Assembly (NCBI GenBank): GCA_963846575.1
Contig: CAWJWJ010000002.1
Span: 1,760,001 to 1,824,000 of the forward strand
Source of the DNA: an uncultured Nitrospiraceae bacterium
GTDB lineage: Bacteria > Nitrospirota > Nitrospiria > Nitrospirales > Nitrospiraceae
DNA length: 64,000 nucleotides
Direction: 5' to 3'
Under the pieces are notes generated by a model. The model did not search any database. It was given only the letters and a program-made list of their open reading frames with translations, and had not been told where the DNA came from. This document shows, in pieces, positions 41,746 through 53,160 of this stretch (position 1 is the stretch's first letter; each line of letters opens with the position of its first letter). Both the position numbers and the translations under genes were made by a program.

Positions 41746-43557
41746 ATGAGCCAGGATTTGCAAAGTCTCATCCGAAATTTCTCGATCATCGCCCATATCG
41801 ATCACGGTAAATCGACCCTCGCTGACCGGCTCCTAGACGCGACTGGCGCAGTCACTGCCAGAGAAGCAAAAGAGCAGATCCTTGATGCGATGGACCTTGA
41901 GCGTGAGCGTGGTATCACGATTAAAGCTCACGCGGTGGCCATCCGCTACAAGGCTCAGGACGGGAAGACGTATTTGCTGCACCTGATCGATACGCCCGGC
42001 CACGTCGACTTCACGTATGAAGTGTCGCGGAGCCTGGCCGCGTGCGAAGGCTCGCTGCTGCTCGTTGATGCCACGCAAGGCGTCCAGGCCCAGACCATTG
42101 CCAACGTCAATTTGGCGATGGGGAATCACCACACTATCATTCCCGTCATCAACAAGATCGACCTTGCCAGCGCCGACGTTGAAGGCACGAAACAGCAAAT
42201 ATCCGAAGTGCTCACGCTGGATGCCAGCGATGCCATGTTGGTCAGCGCCAAGGAAGGCCGCGGAGTGCCGGAAGTGCTCGAGGCGATCGTCACGCGCATT
42301 CCACCGCCATCGGGTGATCCGACTCGTCCGCTCAAGGCGTTGATCTTCGATTCCTGGTTCGATAACTACCAGGGCGTGATCGTGTTGACGCGCATCGTTG
42401 ACGGATCCGTGCGGCCGGGGATGAAAATCAAGGTGATGTCCAACGACCGCCTCTTCGAAGTCACGGAAGTCGGACAATTCACTCCGAAGCGGACCAAGGG
42501 CACACAGCTGATGACCGGAGAGGTCGGGTATCTCTGTGCCAACATGAAGGAAGTCGCGGACGTGAAAATCGGAGACACCCTGACCGACGCGGCTAAACCA
42601 ACGGATCAGGCGTTTCCCGGATATAAAGAAGTGAAGCCGCTGGTATTTTGCGGCCTCTATTCGACCGACACGGCACGTTACGAGGATCTCCGGGATGCCT
42701 TGCTGAAGCTGCGGCTGAATGATTCGTCTTTTGTCTATGAACCGGAAACGTCCCTGGCGCTGGGGTTCGGATTCCGCTGCGGCTTCCTGGGTCTGTTGCA
42801 TATGGAGATCATCCAGGAACGACTGGAACGGGAATACCAGCTGACCCTCATCACGACGGCTCCGACCGTCATCTACCGCGTGCTCACCACAAAGGGGGAT
42901 GTGCTGGAGGTCAACAATCCAGCTGATTTGCCGGAGCCCAGCGCGATTGCCTCGTTTGAAGAACCGTTCATTTTAGCCACGCTCATTTCGCCGGAGCGAT
43001 ACCTCGGGACCCTCCTGCAATTGTGCCAGGAACGTCGCGGCATCCAACGCAGCATTCACTATTTGGACCCCACGCGCGTCATGATCAGCTATGAGCTCCC
43101 GCTCAATGAAGTCATCCTCGACTTTTACGACAAACTCAAGTCCAAGACGCAGGGCTATGCCTCGCTGGATTACGAACTGCTCGGATACCGCGAGTCCGAC
43201 CTGGTGCGTCTCGATATCCTGCTCAACGGAGAGCCGGTCGATGCGTTGTCGTTCATCACGCACAAAGAACGCTCCTACCAGCGAGGCCGCCAGGTGGCTG
43301 AAAAAATGAAGGAGCTGATCCCTAAGCAGATGTTTGAAATCGCCATTCAAGCCGCCATCGGGAATAAGATCGTGGCGCGCGAAACCATTGGCGCGATCAA
43401 GAAAAATGTGACCGCTAAGTGTTACGGCGGAGACATTTCCCGTAAACGGAAGCTCTGGGACAAGCAGAAGGAAGGCAAAAAACGCATGAAAGCGGTCGGG
43501 AGAGTGGAAGTGCCGCAAGAGGCGTTTCTGGCCATCCTCAAGGTGGGCGAGGAATGA
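41746..43557 (+). CDS. lepA: Elongation factor 4 (LepA)
   Basis: [30 protein letters not shown]. Confidence 0.98.
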   Translation: MSQDLQSLIRNFSIIAHIDHGKSTLADRLLDATGAVTAREAKEQILDAMDLERERGITIKAHAVAIRYKAQDGKTYLLHLIDTPGHVDFTYEVSRSLAACEGSLLLVDATQGVQAQTIANVNLAMGNHHTIIPVINKIDLASADVEGTKQQISEVLTLDASDAMLVSAKEGRGVPEVLEAIVTRIPPPSGDPTRPLKALIFDSWFDNYQGVIVLTRIVDGSVRPGMKIKVMSNDRLFEVTEVGQFTPKRTKGTQLMTGEVGYLCANMKEVADVKIGDTLTDAAKPTDQAFPGYKEVKPLVFCGLYSTDTARYEDLRDALLKLRLNDSSFVYEPETSLALGFGFRCGFLGLLHMEIIQERLEREYQLTLITTAPTVIYRVLTTKGDVLEVNNPADLPEPSAIASFEEPFILATLISPERYLGTLLQLCQERRGIQRSIHYLDPTRVMISYELPLNEVILDFYDKLKSKTQGYASLDYELLGYRESDLVRLDILLNGEPVDALSFITHKERSYQRGRQVAEKMKELIPKQMFEIAIQAAIGNKIVARETIGAIKKNVTAKCYGGDISRKRKLWDKQKEGKKRMKAVGRVEVPQEAFLAILKVGEE

Positions 43558-44345
43558 ACGTCGATCCCAATTCTCCTCGGCCCGAAGAAACCTCGGCCCC
43601 GACCGGACCGGTTGTCGTGCCCGCGGCCTCAGAACCGGCTGCGGGTCATTCGACGACCGGATCGGCTGCCCGCACGACTCAACCCGCCCACAAATCGATC
43701 GTGCGGGAGTATGCCGAGGCGATCATCATCGCCATGTTGCTGGCTTTTGCCATCCGGGTTTTCGTCGTGCAGGCGTTCAAAATTCCTTCCGGATCCATGA
43801 TTCCCACGCTCCTGGTGGGCGATCACATTTTAGTGAGCAAGCTCTCCTATGGATTGCAATGGCCGGTAGACTGTCAGATCAAGCCGGGATTTCCCCCGAT
43901 CACCTGTTACTCCTCGCGAACAGTGATGCCATTTGGCTCAATCCAGCGCGGCGATATCATCGTGTTCCGGTTCCCCGAAGATGAGGACAAGGATTTCATC
44001 AAGCGGGTGGTCGGTTTACCGGGCGATACCATTCAAATTCGAAATAAGGTTGTGCATGTGAACGGCACGCCGTTTGAGGATCACGCCTTTACCCAGCACA
44101 CCGATCCTCCCATTCATGACGGACGCATCAGCCCGCGTGACAATTTCGGTCCGGTCACGGTGCCCGAGGATGCGTACTTCGTGATGGGAGATAATCGGGA
44201 CCACAGTCTCGACAGCCGGTTCTGGGGCTACGTCCGCACTGAAAAAGTCCGGGGTAAAGCATTCCGCATTTACTGGTCGTGGAGCGGTCAAGGATCATGG
44301 ACCGAATGGGTACGATGGGAAAGGTTAGGAAAAGCCATCCAGTAG
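43554..44345 (+). CDS. lepB: Signal peptidase I
   Basis: [32 protein letters not shown]. Confidence 0.95.
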   Translation: MNVDPNSPRPEETSAPTGPVVVPAASEPAAGHSTTGSAARTTQPAHKSIVREYAEAIIIAMLLAFAIRVFVVQAFKIPSGSMIPTLLVGDHILVSKLSYGLQWPVDCQIKPGFPPITCYSSRTVMPFGSIQRGDIIVFRFPEDEDKDFIKRVVGLPGDTIQIRNKVVHVNGTPFEDHAFTQHTDPPIHDGRISPRDNFGPVTVPEDAYFVMGDNRDHSLDSRFWGYVRTEKVRGKAFRIYWSWSGQGSWTEWVRWERLGKAIQ

Positions 44346-44353
44346 CACGCTCC

Positions 44354-45379
44354 GTGCACTCCGGCCCGTCTGGCGCACAGCCGGACGACGGGGCGCCAGA
44401 CGAAGCGGCTACCCTGAGGGCTTACGTTGGGCGCTTCCCCAGAGCCAGCGTGCTGGTCATCGGAGACCTCATTCTCGATCACTATGTATGGGGACGCGTC
44501 AGCCGGATTTCTCCGGAAGCGCCGGTACCAGTGGTCCACGTCGAGTCCGAATCGCTCAAACTGGGAGGGGCGGCCAATGTCTTCAACAACATTCTCGCCC
44601 TCGGCGGAAAAGCCGACATCTGCGGAGTGATCGGCGCCGATGAAAGTGGCCGACTTCTGTTAAAAGAGCTGGGTGGACGGCGGCAGGGTCGAGGCGGGGT
44701 GGTCATCGACCAGAACCGGCCGACAACACGAAAATCCCGCGTGGTTGCCCACAATCAACAAATCGTTCGGTATGACGTGGAGCGTCGGACGGAACTGACG
44801 ACATTGTTGCAGCGCCGCATTCTCCGATACGTCGAATCCAGGCTGAAGGAGCTCACCTGCCTGGTCGTGTCGGACTATGCGAAGGGTGTCGTCACGGCCT
44901 CATTAATGACCGAGTTGACTCGACTCGCCGGTCAGCGCAAAATTCCGATTGTCGTCGATCCCAAGGTTGAGCATTTCAGCTACTACCGCGGGGTGACCGT
45001 GGTCACGCCGAACCATCTTGAAGCCACCCAGGCCGCCGGGGTCCATGGAGAGGACGACCAGGCCATCAACAAGGCCGGCACGACCATCCGCCAGCGTTTG
45101 GGCTGTCAGACTGTCCTGGTCACCAGGGGTGAACGGGGCATGAGTGTCTATCAGGGACATGGCGATCACTGGCATATTCCCACCCGGGCACGCCAGGTCT
45201 ATGACGTCACAGGCGCGGGCGATACCGTCGTCGGCACCTTGGCTCTTGCGCTGTCAACCGGCGCCTCGATGAGGGAGGCTGCGGTGCTCGCCAATCAGGC
45301 GGCGGGCGTGGTGGTCGGAATGATCGGAACCGCCACTGTCACCGCGGCACAATTGACTGATTCGTTAGGACCCGGCTGA
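44354..45379 (+). CDS. rfaE1: D-glycero-beta-D-manno-heptose-7-phosphate kinase
   Basis: RISPEAPVPV, GGAANV, SDYAKG, DVTGAGDTV. Start uncertain. Confidence 0.9.
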   Translation: MHSGPSGAQPDDGAPDEAATLRAYVGRFPRASVLVIGDLILDHYVWGRVSRISPEAPVPVVHVESESLKLGGAANVFNNILALGGKADICGVIGADESGRLLLKELGGRRQGRGGVVIDQNRPTTRKSRVVAHNQQIVRYDVERRTELTTLLQRRILRYVESRLKELTCLVVSDYAKGVVTASLMTELTRLAGQRKIPIVVDPKVEHFSYYRGVTVVTPNHLEATQAAGVHGEDDQAINKAGTTIRQRLGCQTVLVTRGERGMSVYQGHGDHWHIPTRARQVYDVTGAGDTVVGTLALALSTGASMREAAVLANQAAGVVVGMIGTATVTAAQLTDSLGPG

Positions 45380-45380
45380 C

Positions 45381-46154
45381 ATGACCCGGTCGGTGACGGT
45401 CGTGATTCCGGCTCGGTACGGATCCTCCCGGTTTCCTGGAAAACCATTGGTTGAATTGCTGGGCAAGCCCATGATCCAGCACGTCTACGAACAGGCTCAG
45501 GCCTGTCGCATCGTGAATAACGTGCTGGTTGCGACAGATGACGAGCGCATCCGTCGAGCGGTCGAGGGATTCGGCGGACGGGTCGTGTTGATGACGGAGC
45601 CCTTCCGCACGGGAACCGATCGCGTGGCCGGTATCGCGCAGACTCAGCCGGGTGATTGTTTCATCGACTTGCAGGGAGACGAGATTCTCCTCCATCCCGA
45701 TCTCATCACGGATTTGGCGGAGCCGTTCCTGGCCAGCGAAGCAGCCATGGGTACACTAAAACGACGGATCGAATCGGACCAGGATCTCCATAATCCCGGC
45801 GTGGTGAAGGTCACGACCGATCGTGACGGCTATGCTCTCTACTTTTCGCGCGCGCCGATCCCCTTGGTGCGCGACGACTCGCGGCGGGCCGCCGTTCCGG
45901 GACTTCATTTCATTCACCTGGGCCTCTATATTTACCGGCGTGAGACCTTGATGCGCCTTGCCGGCTTACCCACAGGGGTCCTCGAAGAGGCGGAAAAACT
46001 CGAGCAATTGCGCGCCTTGGAGCATGGCATTCCGATTCGTGTGTGGGAAACCTCTCATGCCTCTCTGCGCATCGATAGCCCGGACGACGTCGCCGGCGCG
46101 GTAGCACAACTTCGGAAACGCGACACCGAACGCTGCATCAGTCAACCGTCATGA
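45381..46154 (+). CDS. kdsB: 3-deoxy-manno-octulosonate cytidylyltransferase
   Basis: [33 protein letters not shown]. Confidence 0.95.
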   Translation: MTRSVTVVIPARYGSSRFPGKPLVELLGKPMIQHVYEQAQACRIVNNVLVATDDERIRRAVEGFGGRVVLMTEPFRTGTDRVAGIAQTQPGDCFIDLQGDEILLHPDLITDLAEPFLASEAAMGTLKRRIESDQDLHNPGVVKVTTDRDGYALYFSRAPIPLVRDDSRRAAVPGLHFIHLGLYIYRRETLMRLAGLPTGVLEEAEKLEQLRALEHGIPIRVWETSHASLRIDSPDDVAGAVAQLRKRDTERCISQPS

Positions 46155-46185
46155 GGAACAGCCGCATTCACAAGAAGGTGCAACG

Positions 46186-47787
46186 ATGAGCAAATTCATA
46201 TTTGTGACCGGCGGTGTCGTGTCGTCTCTGGGAAAAGGGCTGGCCTCCGCGTCTATCGGTAATCTGCTGGAAAGTCGCGGCCTGAAAATCACCTTTTTGA
46301 AGCTTGATCCCTACATCAACGTCGACCCCGGAACGATGAATCCCTATCAGCACGGGGAGGTCTACGTCACGGAGGACGGGGCGGAGACCGATCTGGATCT
46401 CGGCCACTACGAGCGCTATACGTCGCTGACGCTGACGCGGGAAAACAACTACACCACCGGCCGCATTTATCATTCCGTGATCACAAAGGAACGCCGCGGA
46501 GACTACCTGGGTGGTACCGTGCAAGTCGTGCCGCACGTCACGGACGAAATCAAGCAATGCATCATGCGGATCTCCAAGGGGATGGATGTGACGATCGTCG
46601 AGATCGGCGGAACTGTGGGCGATATCGAGAGCCTGCCTTTCCTTGAGGCCATCCGGCAGATCCCCTACGACGTCGGACGCGACAACGTTCTGTATGTGCA
46701 TCTCACGCTCGTGCCTTACATCGGAGCCGCCGGAGAACTGAAAACGAAACCGACGCAGCATTCGGTCAACAAGCTCCGCGAAATCGGCATTCAGCCGAAT
46801 ATCCTGTTGTGCCGAACCGATCGGTATCTGCCGCCTGAGCTCAAGGCCAAGATCGCCATGTTCTGCAATGTGGAAAAAGATGCCGTTATCACGGCCAAGG
46901 ATGTCGAGACCATCTATGAAGTGCCGATCGTGTTCCGCAAGGAAGGGTTGGACGAACTCATTGTCCGGTTGCTCAAGCTGGAAACCGGTCCGCCGAATCT
47001 CCGCGAATGGGATGCGATGGTGCAGAAGATCAAACATCCCAAACATGAAGTCTCCATCGCACTGGTCGGGAAGTATGCCGGCTTAAAAGAATGTTACAAG
47101 AGCCTGGCCGAAGCGCTGGTGCATGGGGGCATCGACCATGAAACACGCGTACAGATTACCTGGATCGAATCCGAAGAGGTCGAACGCCAAGGCACCGAGC
47201 GCATCCTGCGCGAGGCGGATGGCATCCTGATTCCCGGAGGCTTCGGGGCGCGTGGCATCGAAGGCAAGGTCATTACGATCCAATACGCCCGCGAACATCA
47301 GGTTCCATTTCTCGGGCTCTGCTTGGGGATGCAATGCGCCACCATCGAATTCGCCCGCAACGTTGCCGGCCTTACTGGAGCGAACAGCGCTGAGTTCGAC
47401 GCGCAGTCTCCGCATCCGGTAATTCATTTGATGTCCGACCAGCAGTCAGTCAGCGACAAAGGCGGGACCATGCGACTCGGATCCTATCCCTGCCAACTCG
47501 GCGAGGGAACGCTGGCGCAGAAAATGTACGGCCTCAGTGAAGTGCCCGAACGCCATCGCCACCGGTATGAGTTCAACAATGCCTATCGTGACCGACTCAC
47601 CGCGAAGGGCCTGATATTGAGTGGGCTCTCACCGGATAGTCGGCTGGTGGAAATTGTCGAGTTGCAGAATCATCCCTGGTTTCTGGCGACGCAGTTCCAT
47701 CCGGAATACAACTCGCGGCCGCACCATCCGCACCCCTTATTCACGGGATTTGTGGGGGCTGCGCTGCGCCGGAAATGCGGCCACTGA
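46186..47787 (+). CDS. pyrG: CTP synthase
   Basis: [31 protein letters not shown]. Confidence 0.98.
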   Translation: MSKFIFVTGGVVSSLGKGLASASIGNLLESRGLKITFLKLDPYINVDPGTMNPYQHGEVYVTEDGAETDLDLGHYERYTSLTLTRENNYTTGRIYHSVITKERRGDYLGGTVQVVPHVTDEIKQCIMRISKGMDVTIVEIGGTVGDIESLPFLEAIRQIPYDVGRDNVLYVHLTLVPYIGAAGELKTKPTQHSVNKLREIGIQPNILLCRTDRYLPPELKAKIAMFCNVEKDAVITAKDVETIYEVPIVFRKEGLDELIVRLLKLETGPPNLREWDAMVQKIKHPKHEVSIALVGKYAGLKECYKSLAEALVHGGIDHETRVQITWIESEEVERQGTERILREADGILIPGGFGARGIEGKVITIQYAREHQVPFLGLCLGMQCATIEFARNVAGLTGANSAEFDAQSPHPVIHLMSDQQSVSDKGGTMRLGSYPCQLGEGTLAQKMYGLSEVPERHRHRYEFNNAYRDRLTAKGLILSGLSPDSRLVEIVELQNHPWFLATQFHPEYNSRPHHPHPLFTGFVGAALRRKCGH

Positions 47788-47830
47788 GTCGGATGGTGAG
47801 CACCCTGCGATTGATTCAAGGTCGAAACTA

Positions 47831-48664
47831 ATGGCACATGAAGTGGATCTCGGACAATTTAAGCTCGGGGCGGGGAATCGGCCGTTTTTGATCGCAGGAC
47901 CCTGCGTGATTGAGAGCGAACAACTTGCGATGGACACCGCCGGGCGCATTGCCGAGATTACCAAAGCTCTAGGCATGCCTTATATCTTCAAATCGTCCTA
48001 CGACAAAGCGAATCGCACCTCCATCACGTCCTACCGGGGACCGGGTTTGGAAAAGGGGCTCGCCATACTCGCCAAGGTGAAGCAACAGCTCGGCCTGCCG
48101 GTATTGACCGACGTCCATTCAGAAGAGCAGGCGACGGAAGCCGGCCACATCGTGGATATTCTCCAAATCCCCGCATTTCTCTGCCGCCAAACCGATCTCC
48201 TGATTGCCGCGGCCAAGACGGGCAAAGTGGTGAATATCAAGAAGGGGCAGTTTCTCTCGCCACTGGAAATGGCGAACGCCGTCAAAAAAGTCGAGGATTG
48301 CGGCAACCGGCGTATTGTGTTGACTGAACGGGGTTCTTCGTTCGGCTACAATAACCTGGTTGTAGACATGCGCACCTTCCCGATCATGCGCCGTTTTGGA
48401 TATCCCGTGGTCTTCGACGCGACCCACAGTGTGCAACTCCCCGGCGGGGGCGGCACACAATCAAGCGGACAGCGGGAATTTGTCGAGCCCCTGGCCTGCG
48501 CAGCGGCTGGAGCCGGCTGTGATGGGTTTTTTATGGAAGTGCATCCCGATCCGGACTCCGCGTTATCTGACGGGCCGAACATGGTCCCTCTCCATACTCT
48601 TCAATCCCTGCTCCAACGGGTGTTACGTATATGCGACGCAGCCGCCACACAACCAGCTCACTGA
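47831..48664 (+). CDS. kdsA: KDO 8-phosphate synthase
   Basis: [25 protein letters not shown]. Confidence 0.96.
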   Translation: MAHEVDLGQFKLGAGNRPFLIAGPCVIESEQLAMDTAGRIAEITKALGMPYIFKSSYDKANRTSITSYRGPGLEKGLAILAKVKQQLGLPVLTDVHSEEQATEAGHIVDILQIPAFLCRQTDLLIAAAKTGKVVNIKKGQFLSPLEMANAVKKVEDCGNRRIVLTERGSSFGYNNLVVDMRTFPIMRRFGYPVVFDATHSVQLPGGGGTQSSGQREFVEPLACAAAGAGCDGFFMEVHPDPDSALSDGPNMVPLHTLQSLLQRVLRICDAAATQPAH

Positions 48665-49668
48665 ACGGCAAACGATCCCGGCGCGGCCTCCGCCGGGTCT
48701 CGCCCGATGCCAGCGTGCAAGAGGGAAAACGGGTCCTGGAGATCGAAGCGCGTGCGGTGCGGGACCTGATTAGCCGTCTCGATGGACAGTTCGCCCGCGC
48801 CGTCACTTTTCTCTACGAATGCCGGGGCAAGGTCATCATTTCCGGCATGGGAAAATCCGGCCTCATCGGCCAAAAAATAGCAGCAACCTTGGCGAGCACC
48901 GGCACGCCGTCCTTCTTCCTCCATCCGGCAGAAGGCGTCCATGGCGATCTGGGCATGTTAGCCAAGCAGGACGCCCTCATCGCAATCTCCAACAGCGGGG
49001 AGACGCAGGAGGTGCTCCAGTTGTTGCCGTTCGTCAAACGCCTGAACGTGCCGGTGGTGGCACTCACCGGTAGCATGACATCGACCCTGGCTAAAAACAG
49101 CGATGTGACACTGGATGTTTCCGTCAACGAGGAGGCGTGCCCGCTGGGGTTGGCTCCCACGGCCAGTACGACTGCCACGCTGGCCATGGGGGATGCTCTG
49201 GCGGTCGCTCTGTTGCAAAAACGTGGGTTCAAACAAGACGATTTCGCCCAATTCCATCCTGGCGGTACCTTGGGCCGCCGACTGTTGGTGAAGGTGCGGG
49301 ATCTGATGCAGCAGGGAGTCCATTTGCCGCGCGTGCGGCAGGATGCCTCCGGGTCGGACACGATTTTAGAAATGACCTCTAAAAAACTCGGCATGACCAC
49401 TGTCGTGAACCGCAAGGGCACCCTCTATGGAATCGTCACCGATGGAGACCTGCGTCGCTTCATTCAGGGAGGCGGGGACTTCAGCCGGGTGACGGCAGCC
49501 CACCTGGCCAGTCGGCGGCCGAAGACCATCGCACCGGACGAACTGGCCACGACGGCCGTGGCACTCATGGAGCGGTTTTCTATCACGGCTCTCGTGGTCC
49601 TGGAGCCCCCGAATCGCCTGGCCGGGGTCGTTCACTTGCATGACCTCTTAAAAAACGGCATTGTGTAG
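48631..49668 (+). CDS. kdsD: Arabinose 5-phosphate isomerase (KpsF/GutQ)
   Basis: GMGKSG, HGDLG, APTAST, HPGG; two CBS domains. Start uncertain. Confidence 0.93.
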   Translation: MRRSRHTTSSLNGKRSRRGLRRVSPDASVQEGKRVLEIEARAVRDLISRLDGQFARAVTFLYECRGKVIISGMGKSGLIGQKIAATLASTGTPSFFLHPAEGVHGDLGMLAKQDALIAISNSGETQEVLQLLPFVKRLNVPVVALTGSMTSTLAKNSDVTLDVSVNEEACPLGLAPTASTTATLAMGDALAVALLQKRGFKQDDFAQFHPGGTLGRRLLVKVRDLMQQGVHLPRVRQDASGSDTILEMTSKKLGMTTVVNRKGTLYGIVTDGDLRRFIQGGGDFSRVTAAHLASRRPKTIAPDELATTAVALMERFSITALVVLEPPNRLAGVVHLHDLLKNGIV

Positions 49669-49700
49669 GGACACCATTGGGGAGCGTGAGATAGGAAGAC

Positions 49701-50324
49701 GTGAAGACGACGGGAGAGAACTGGAAACAGGCCGGGTTGGTCTTGATGCGGTCGGCGGGGCAGGAGAGCAATATCAACCTGCCCAATGTCCTGACGCTCG
49801 TCAGGATTCTGCTGATCCCGGTGTTTGTCATGCTGTTGATCGATCCCACTCCGGATCGCGCTCTGGCCGCCGCCATCGTATTCGTCGTCGCCGCGGTCAC
49901 CGATCTCCTTGATGGGTATGTGGCAAGGAGAACCGGGCAGATCACCAAACTGGGGCGGCTCCTGGACCCGATTGCAGACAAATTATTAGTACTGTCCGCA
50001 CTGATTTTGCTCGTTCAGGTCGATCGCGTCAGCGCGTTGGTCGCCATTCTGATCATCGCGCGGGAAGTGGCGGTGACCGGCATCCGTGCTATTGCCGCGA
50101 CTGAAGGGTTGATCATGTCCGCGGAAGTGACCGGGAAGTATAAAATGGCGCTACAGGTCATTGCCATTGTGCTACTGGTTCTTGAAGGAACCATGCTGGA
50201 GGCGGTCGGGAACCTTCACCTCGCAGGCATTGTGACGCTGTATCTTTCTCTCATTCTCGGCTATGTGTCCGGCGCGCAGTACGTCTGGAGTTTCTGGCGC
50301 CAGGTCGGTGTAAAGGGGCTGTAG
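49701..50324 (+). CDS. pgsA: CDP-diacylglycerol-glycerol-3-phosphate 3-phosphatidyltransferase
   Basis: NLPNVLT, DLLDGYVAR...GRLLDPIADK. Confidence 0.92.
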   Translation: MKTTGENWKQAGLVLMRSAGQESNINLPNVLTLVRILLIPVFVMLLIDPTPDRALAAAIVFVVAAVTDLLDGYVARRTGQITKLGRLLDPIADKLLVLSALILLVQVDRVSALVAILIIAREVAVTGIRAIAATEGLIMSAEVTGKYKMALQVIAIVLLVLEGTMLEAVGNLHLAGIVTLYLSLILGYVSGAQYVWSFWRQVGVKGL

Positions 50325-50364
50325 CCGGATACCGTCGTCGGCCTCTGCATCCGGTGAATATCTA

Positions 50365-50967
50365 ATGGACAGTCCCTGGCTCATCGGGTTTTTCGCTCTT
50401 CTGGGCTATCTCATCGGGTCGATTCCCTTTGGCGTCGTCGTGTCACAGCTCTTGGGTGTTGCCGATCCACGATCGGCAGGTAGCAGGAACGTGGGGTTCA
50501 CGAACGTACTGCGGGTCAGTGGGAAAAAAGCCGGCATTCTAACGCTGCTGGGTGATATCGGAAAAGGATGGCTGGTCGGGTGGATCAGCACGCTAGTGTT
50601 TCACCAGGAAGTGGCCGTACTGCTCGTGGCAACGTCGTCTGTGCTAGGCCATTTGCATTCACTGTTCCTCCGGTTCAAGGGCGGAAAAGGGGTGGCGACG
50701 GCCTTGGGGGCTGTCTTGGGAGTCGCTCCCTTAGTCGGCCTCACACTCATGGGAATATGGGTCGGAGCGGTCTGGCTCTGGAAATATTCTTCCGGTGGTG
50801 CACTCGTGGCCTTCGGACTTTTTCCACTGGTCGCGGTGCTGTTTCATCGATCCTGGCTCTTCGCGGGTTTTGCGTGCGTGATGAGCCTGTTGATTTGGAG
50901 CAGGCACAGGGACAATTTAGTTCGTTTATGGAGCGGGACTGAATCTCGAATCGGCCAATCGAGTTGA
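50365..50967 (+). CDS. plsY: Glycerol-3-phosphate acyltransferase
   Basis: YLIGSIP, GSRNVG.TN, FKGGKGVAT, HRDN..RL. Confidence 0.93.
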   Translation: MDSPWLIGFFALLGYLIGSIPFGVVVSQLLGVADPRSAGSRNVGFTNVLRVSGKKAGILTLLGDIGKGWLVGWISTLVFHQEVAVLLVATSSVLGHLHSLFLRFKGGKGVATALGAVLGVAPLVGLTLMGIWVGAVWLWKYSSGGALVAFGLFPLVAVLFHRSWLFAGFACVMSLLIWSRHRDNLVRLWSGTESRIGQSS

Positions 50968-50996
50968 CATAATATATCTTATCAGACATTCCATCT

Positions 50997-51635
50997 ATGC
51001 TGTCCTTTGAGCTCCTCGCTCGATTCCGCAAAGAACTCTCACTCACCGGAAGTGCCCTGTATGAAACGGTCGTCGCTATCGCGGAGCGAGTGAATCGCAA
51101 GGTGCAAATCCTTCGGCTGCACAGCCAGGCCACTGCGGCGCTGAATCAGATCCATGGCCTGCATCGGGACATCGGCCGTCGGGTGGCTGAGCTGGCAGCG
51201 ACACCCGCCCAGCTCGAAGCGCCGGATGTGCGAACTACGCGGCCGTCTTTGGAAGAAGCCCTGCGCACCGCGGCAGATCGAATTAAGGCATACCGTACGG
51301 GCTTACAGCAGGTGGAGAGCCACATTCGGGATCTGAAAATCGAGCTAGCGCAAGAAGACTTAATTACCATGCAGCGTGAACTGGGCATCCGTGGCGCCGC
51401 CATCGAGCGCGTAGTAGTCGTCCAGGGTGCCCCGGTGATCGGCCACCCGATCGGTGAATTCGATTTGCCGAGAACCACCCGTATTGTCGCGGTCTTTCGG
51501 GGACCATTTCTCCTTCCCCTTTCCGACGCGATGACGCTTCGTTCAGACGACATCGTTATTCTGACAGGCCTGCGCCAGGATCTCTGTCATTGGCTCCCCC
51601 ATTTTCAGAAGGCCGTTGCTACGAAAATGACCTAG
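50997..51635 (+). CDS. Coiled-coil protein with C-terminal TrkA_C (RCK_C) domain
   Basis: C-terminal GAPVIGHPIGEFDLP...IVAVFRG...LRSDDIVILTG. Confidence 0.7.
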   Translation: MLSFELLARFRKELSLTGSALYETVVAIAERVNRKVQILRLHSQATAALNQIHGLHRDIGRRVAELAATPAQLEAPDVRTTRPSLEEALRTAADRIKAYRTGLQQVESHIRDLKIELAQEDLITMQRELGIRGAAIERVVVVQGAPVIGHPIGEFDLPRTTRIVAVFRGPFLLPLSDAMTLRSDDIVILTGLRQDLCHWLPHFQKAVATKMT

Positions 51636-51715
51636 GCCCCTCTTTCCTTTCATCACAATTCTCGAATCTGATATTCTGTATCGATACTCTGTCATAGCCG
51701 TGGAGCGTCCTTATC

Positions 51716-53116
51716 ATGAAGCCATACCGCACCTGCGCATCCCTGCTCATTCTCAGCCTCAGCTTGTCCGGGTGGCTCACCGGTGGGATCGCCACAGCGC
51801 TGGCCGGCAACGGACCTGCTCAGCACAAGGATTCATCAGGACTGAGGCTGCTGGAAGAACTCCAAACCGTCATTACGGACCTGGCTGAGGAGGCTAAGCC
51901 CTCCGTCGTCAGCATTTTCCCCATCCAATCGCCTGGACGTTCACGGGAGGGGTCCGGCGAACGAATGCCCAACTCAACCGGCTCCGGGTCCGGAGTCATC
52001 GTGGATCCGGAGGGTCACATCATCACCAACAACCATGTCGTCGGTGATGCCGGGGAAGTCGAGGTTCGATTTTCCGATAAATCTAAACTGATCGCTCAAG
52101 TCATCGGCAAGGATCCGGATACGGACCTGGCTGTCCTGAAGGTGACGACCGACCATCCCCTCCCCGCCGCGCGCTTCGGAGACTCTACCGCGGTAAAGGT
52201 CGGTCAATGGGTGTTGGCGGTCGGAAATCCCTTTGGGCTGGACCGAACGGTCACCCTTGGAGTCGTGAGCGGAATCGGCCGCGAGAACATCAATCTGTCG
52301 CGATATGAAAATTTTATCCAGACCGATGCATCGATCAATCCCGGCAACTCCGGTGGACCGCTCTTCAATCTACGCGGTGACATCATCGGCATCAATACCG
52401 CCATCATTAATTTCGCACAGGGCATTGGGTTTGCCATCCCTTCCAATATGGCCAAGCACGTCATGCAGCAACTGATCGCAAAAGGGAAAGTGGTGCGCGC
52501 CTGGCTGGGCGTTGGCCTACAGCCCATGACTCAGGACCTAGCCAAGAAATTCGGCGTGGATGAGAACGAAGGAGTGCTGGTCAACGAAGTCTTCGAACGG
52601 GACCCGGCGGCATTGGCCGGAATCAAGCCGGGCGACGTCATTACGAAAGTCGACGGATCAGTGGTCGATACCCCTAACAAGCTGTCACGACTGGTGGCCG
52701 GACTCGACCCGGGATCCACGACGCAGGTGGAAGTGGTGCGGGACGGCAAGCGCATCATGCTCCAGGTCGCATTAAGTGAGCGGCGGGACACGGTGGTCAC
52801 GGCCTCGCTTCCCCAATCCAGATCAGACCTGAAGTTGGGCATCGACGTGCAGGATCTGACCGCGGCGCTGGCTGAAAAATTTCACCTGAAAGAAAGCCGG
52901 GGGGTCTTGATCTCCAAGGTGGAAACCGGCAGCCTGGCGCAGGCCGAAGGATTGCGCGAGGGAGACCTCGTCAAGGAAGTCAACCGCGTCGATACCGGTA
53001 CGGTGGGAGAATTCACCGCCGCCGTGTCTAAGATCAAACGCGGCGACACAATTCTCCTGCGGGTCTTGCGCGAGGGTCGCGCGTTCTATGTCGTGCTCAA
53101 GCCCGCTGATCCATAA
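51716..53116 (+). CDS. degP: HtrA/DegP serine protease with two PDZ domains
   Basis: TNNHV, DLAVLK, GNSGGPL catalytic triad; two PDZ domains. Confidence 0.93.
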   Translation: MKPYRTCASLLILSLSLSGWLTGGIATALAGNGPAQHKDSSGLRLLEELQTVITDLAEEAKPSVVSIFPIQSPGRSREGSGERMPNSTGSGSGVIVDPEGHIITNNHVVGDAGEVEVRFSDKSKLIAQVIGKDPDTDLAVLKVTTDHPLPAARFGDSTAVKVGQWVLAVGNPFGLDRTVTLGVVSGIGRENINLSRYENFIQTDASINPGNSGGPLFNLRGDIIGINTAIINFAQGIGFAIPSNMAKHVMQQLIAKGKVVRAWLGVGLQPMTQDLAKKFGVDENEGVLVNEVFERDPAALAGIKPGDVITKVDGSVVDTPNKLSRLVAGLDPGSTTQVEVVRDGKRIMLQVALSERRDTVVTASLPQSRSDLKLGIDVQDLTAALAEKFHLKESRGVLISKVETGSLAQAEGLREGDLVKEVNRVDTGTVGEFTAAVSKIKRGDTILLRVLREGRAFYVVLKPADP

Positions 53117-53160
53117 CCGCCCCCCACCCTTGCGACCAGGATCGCTCAATCACTCACAGA

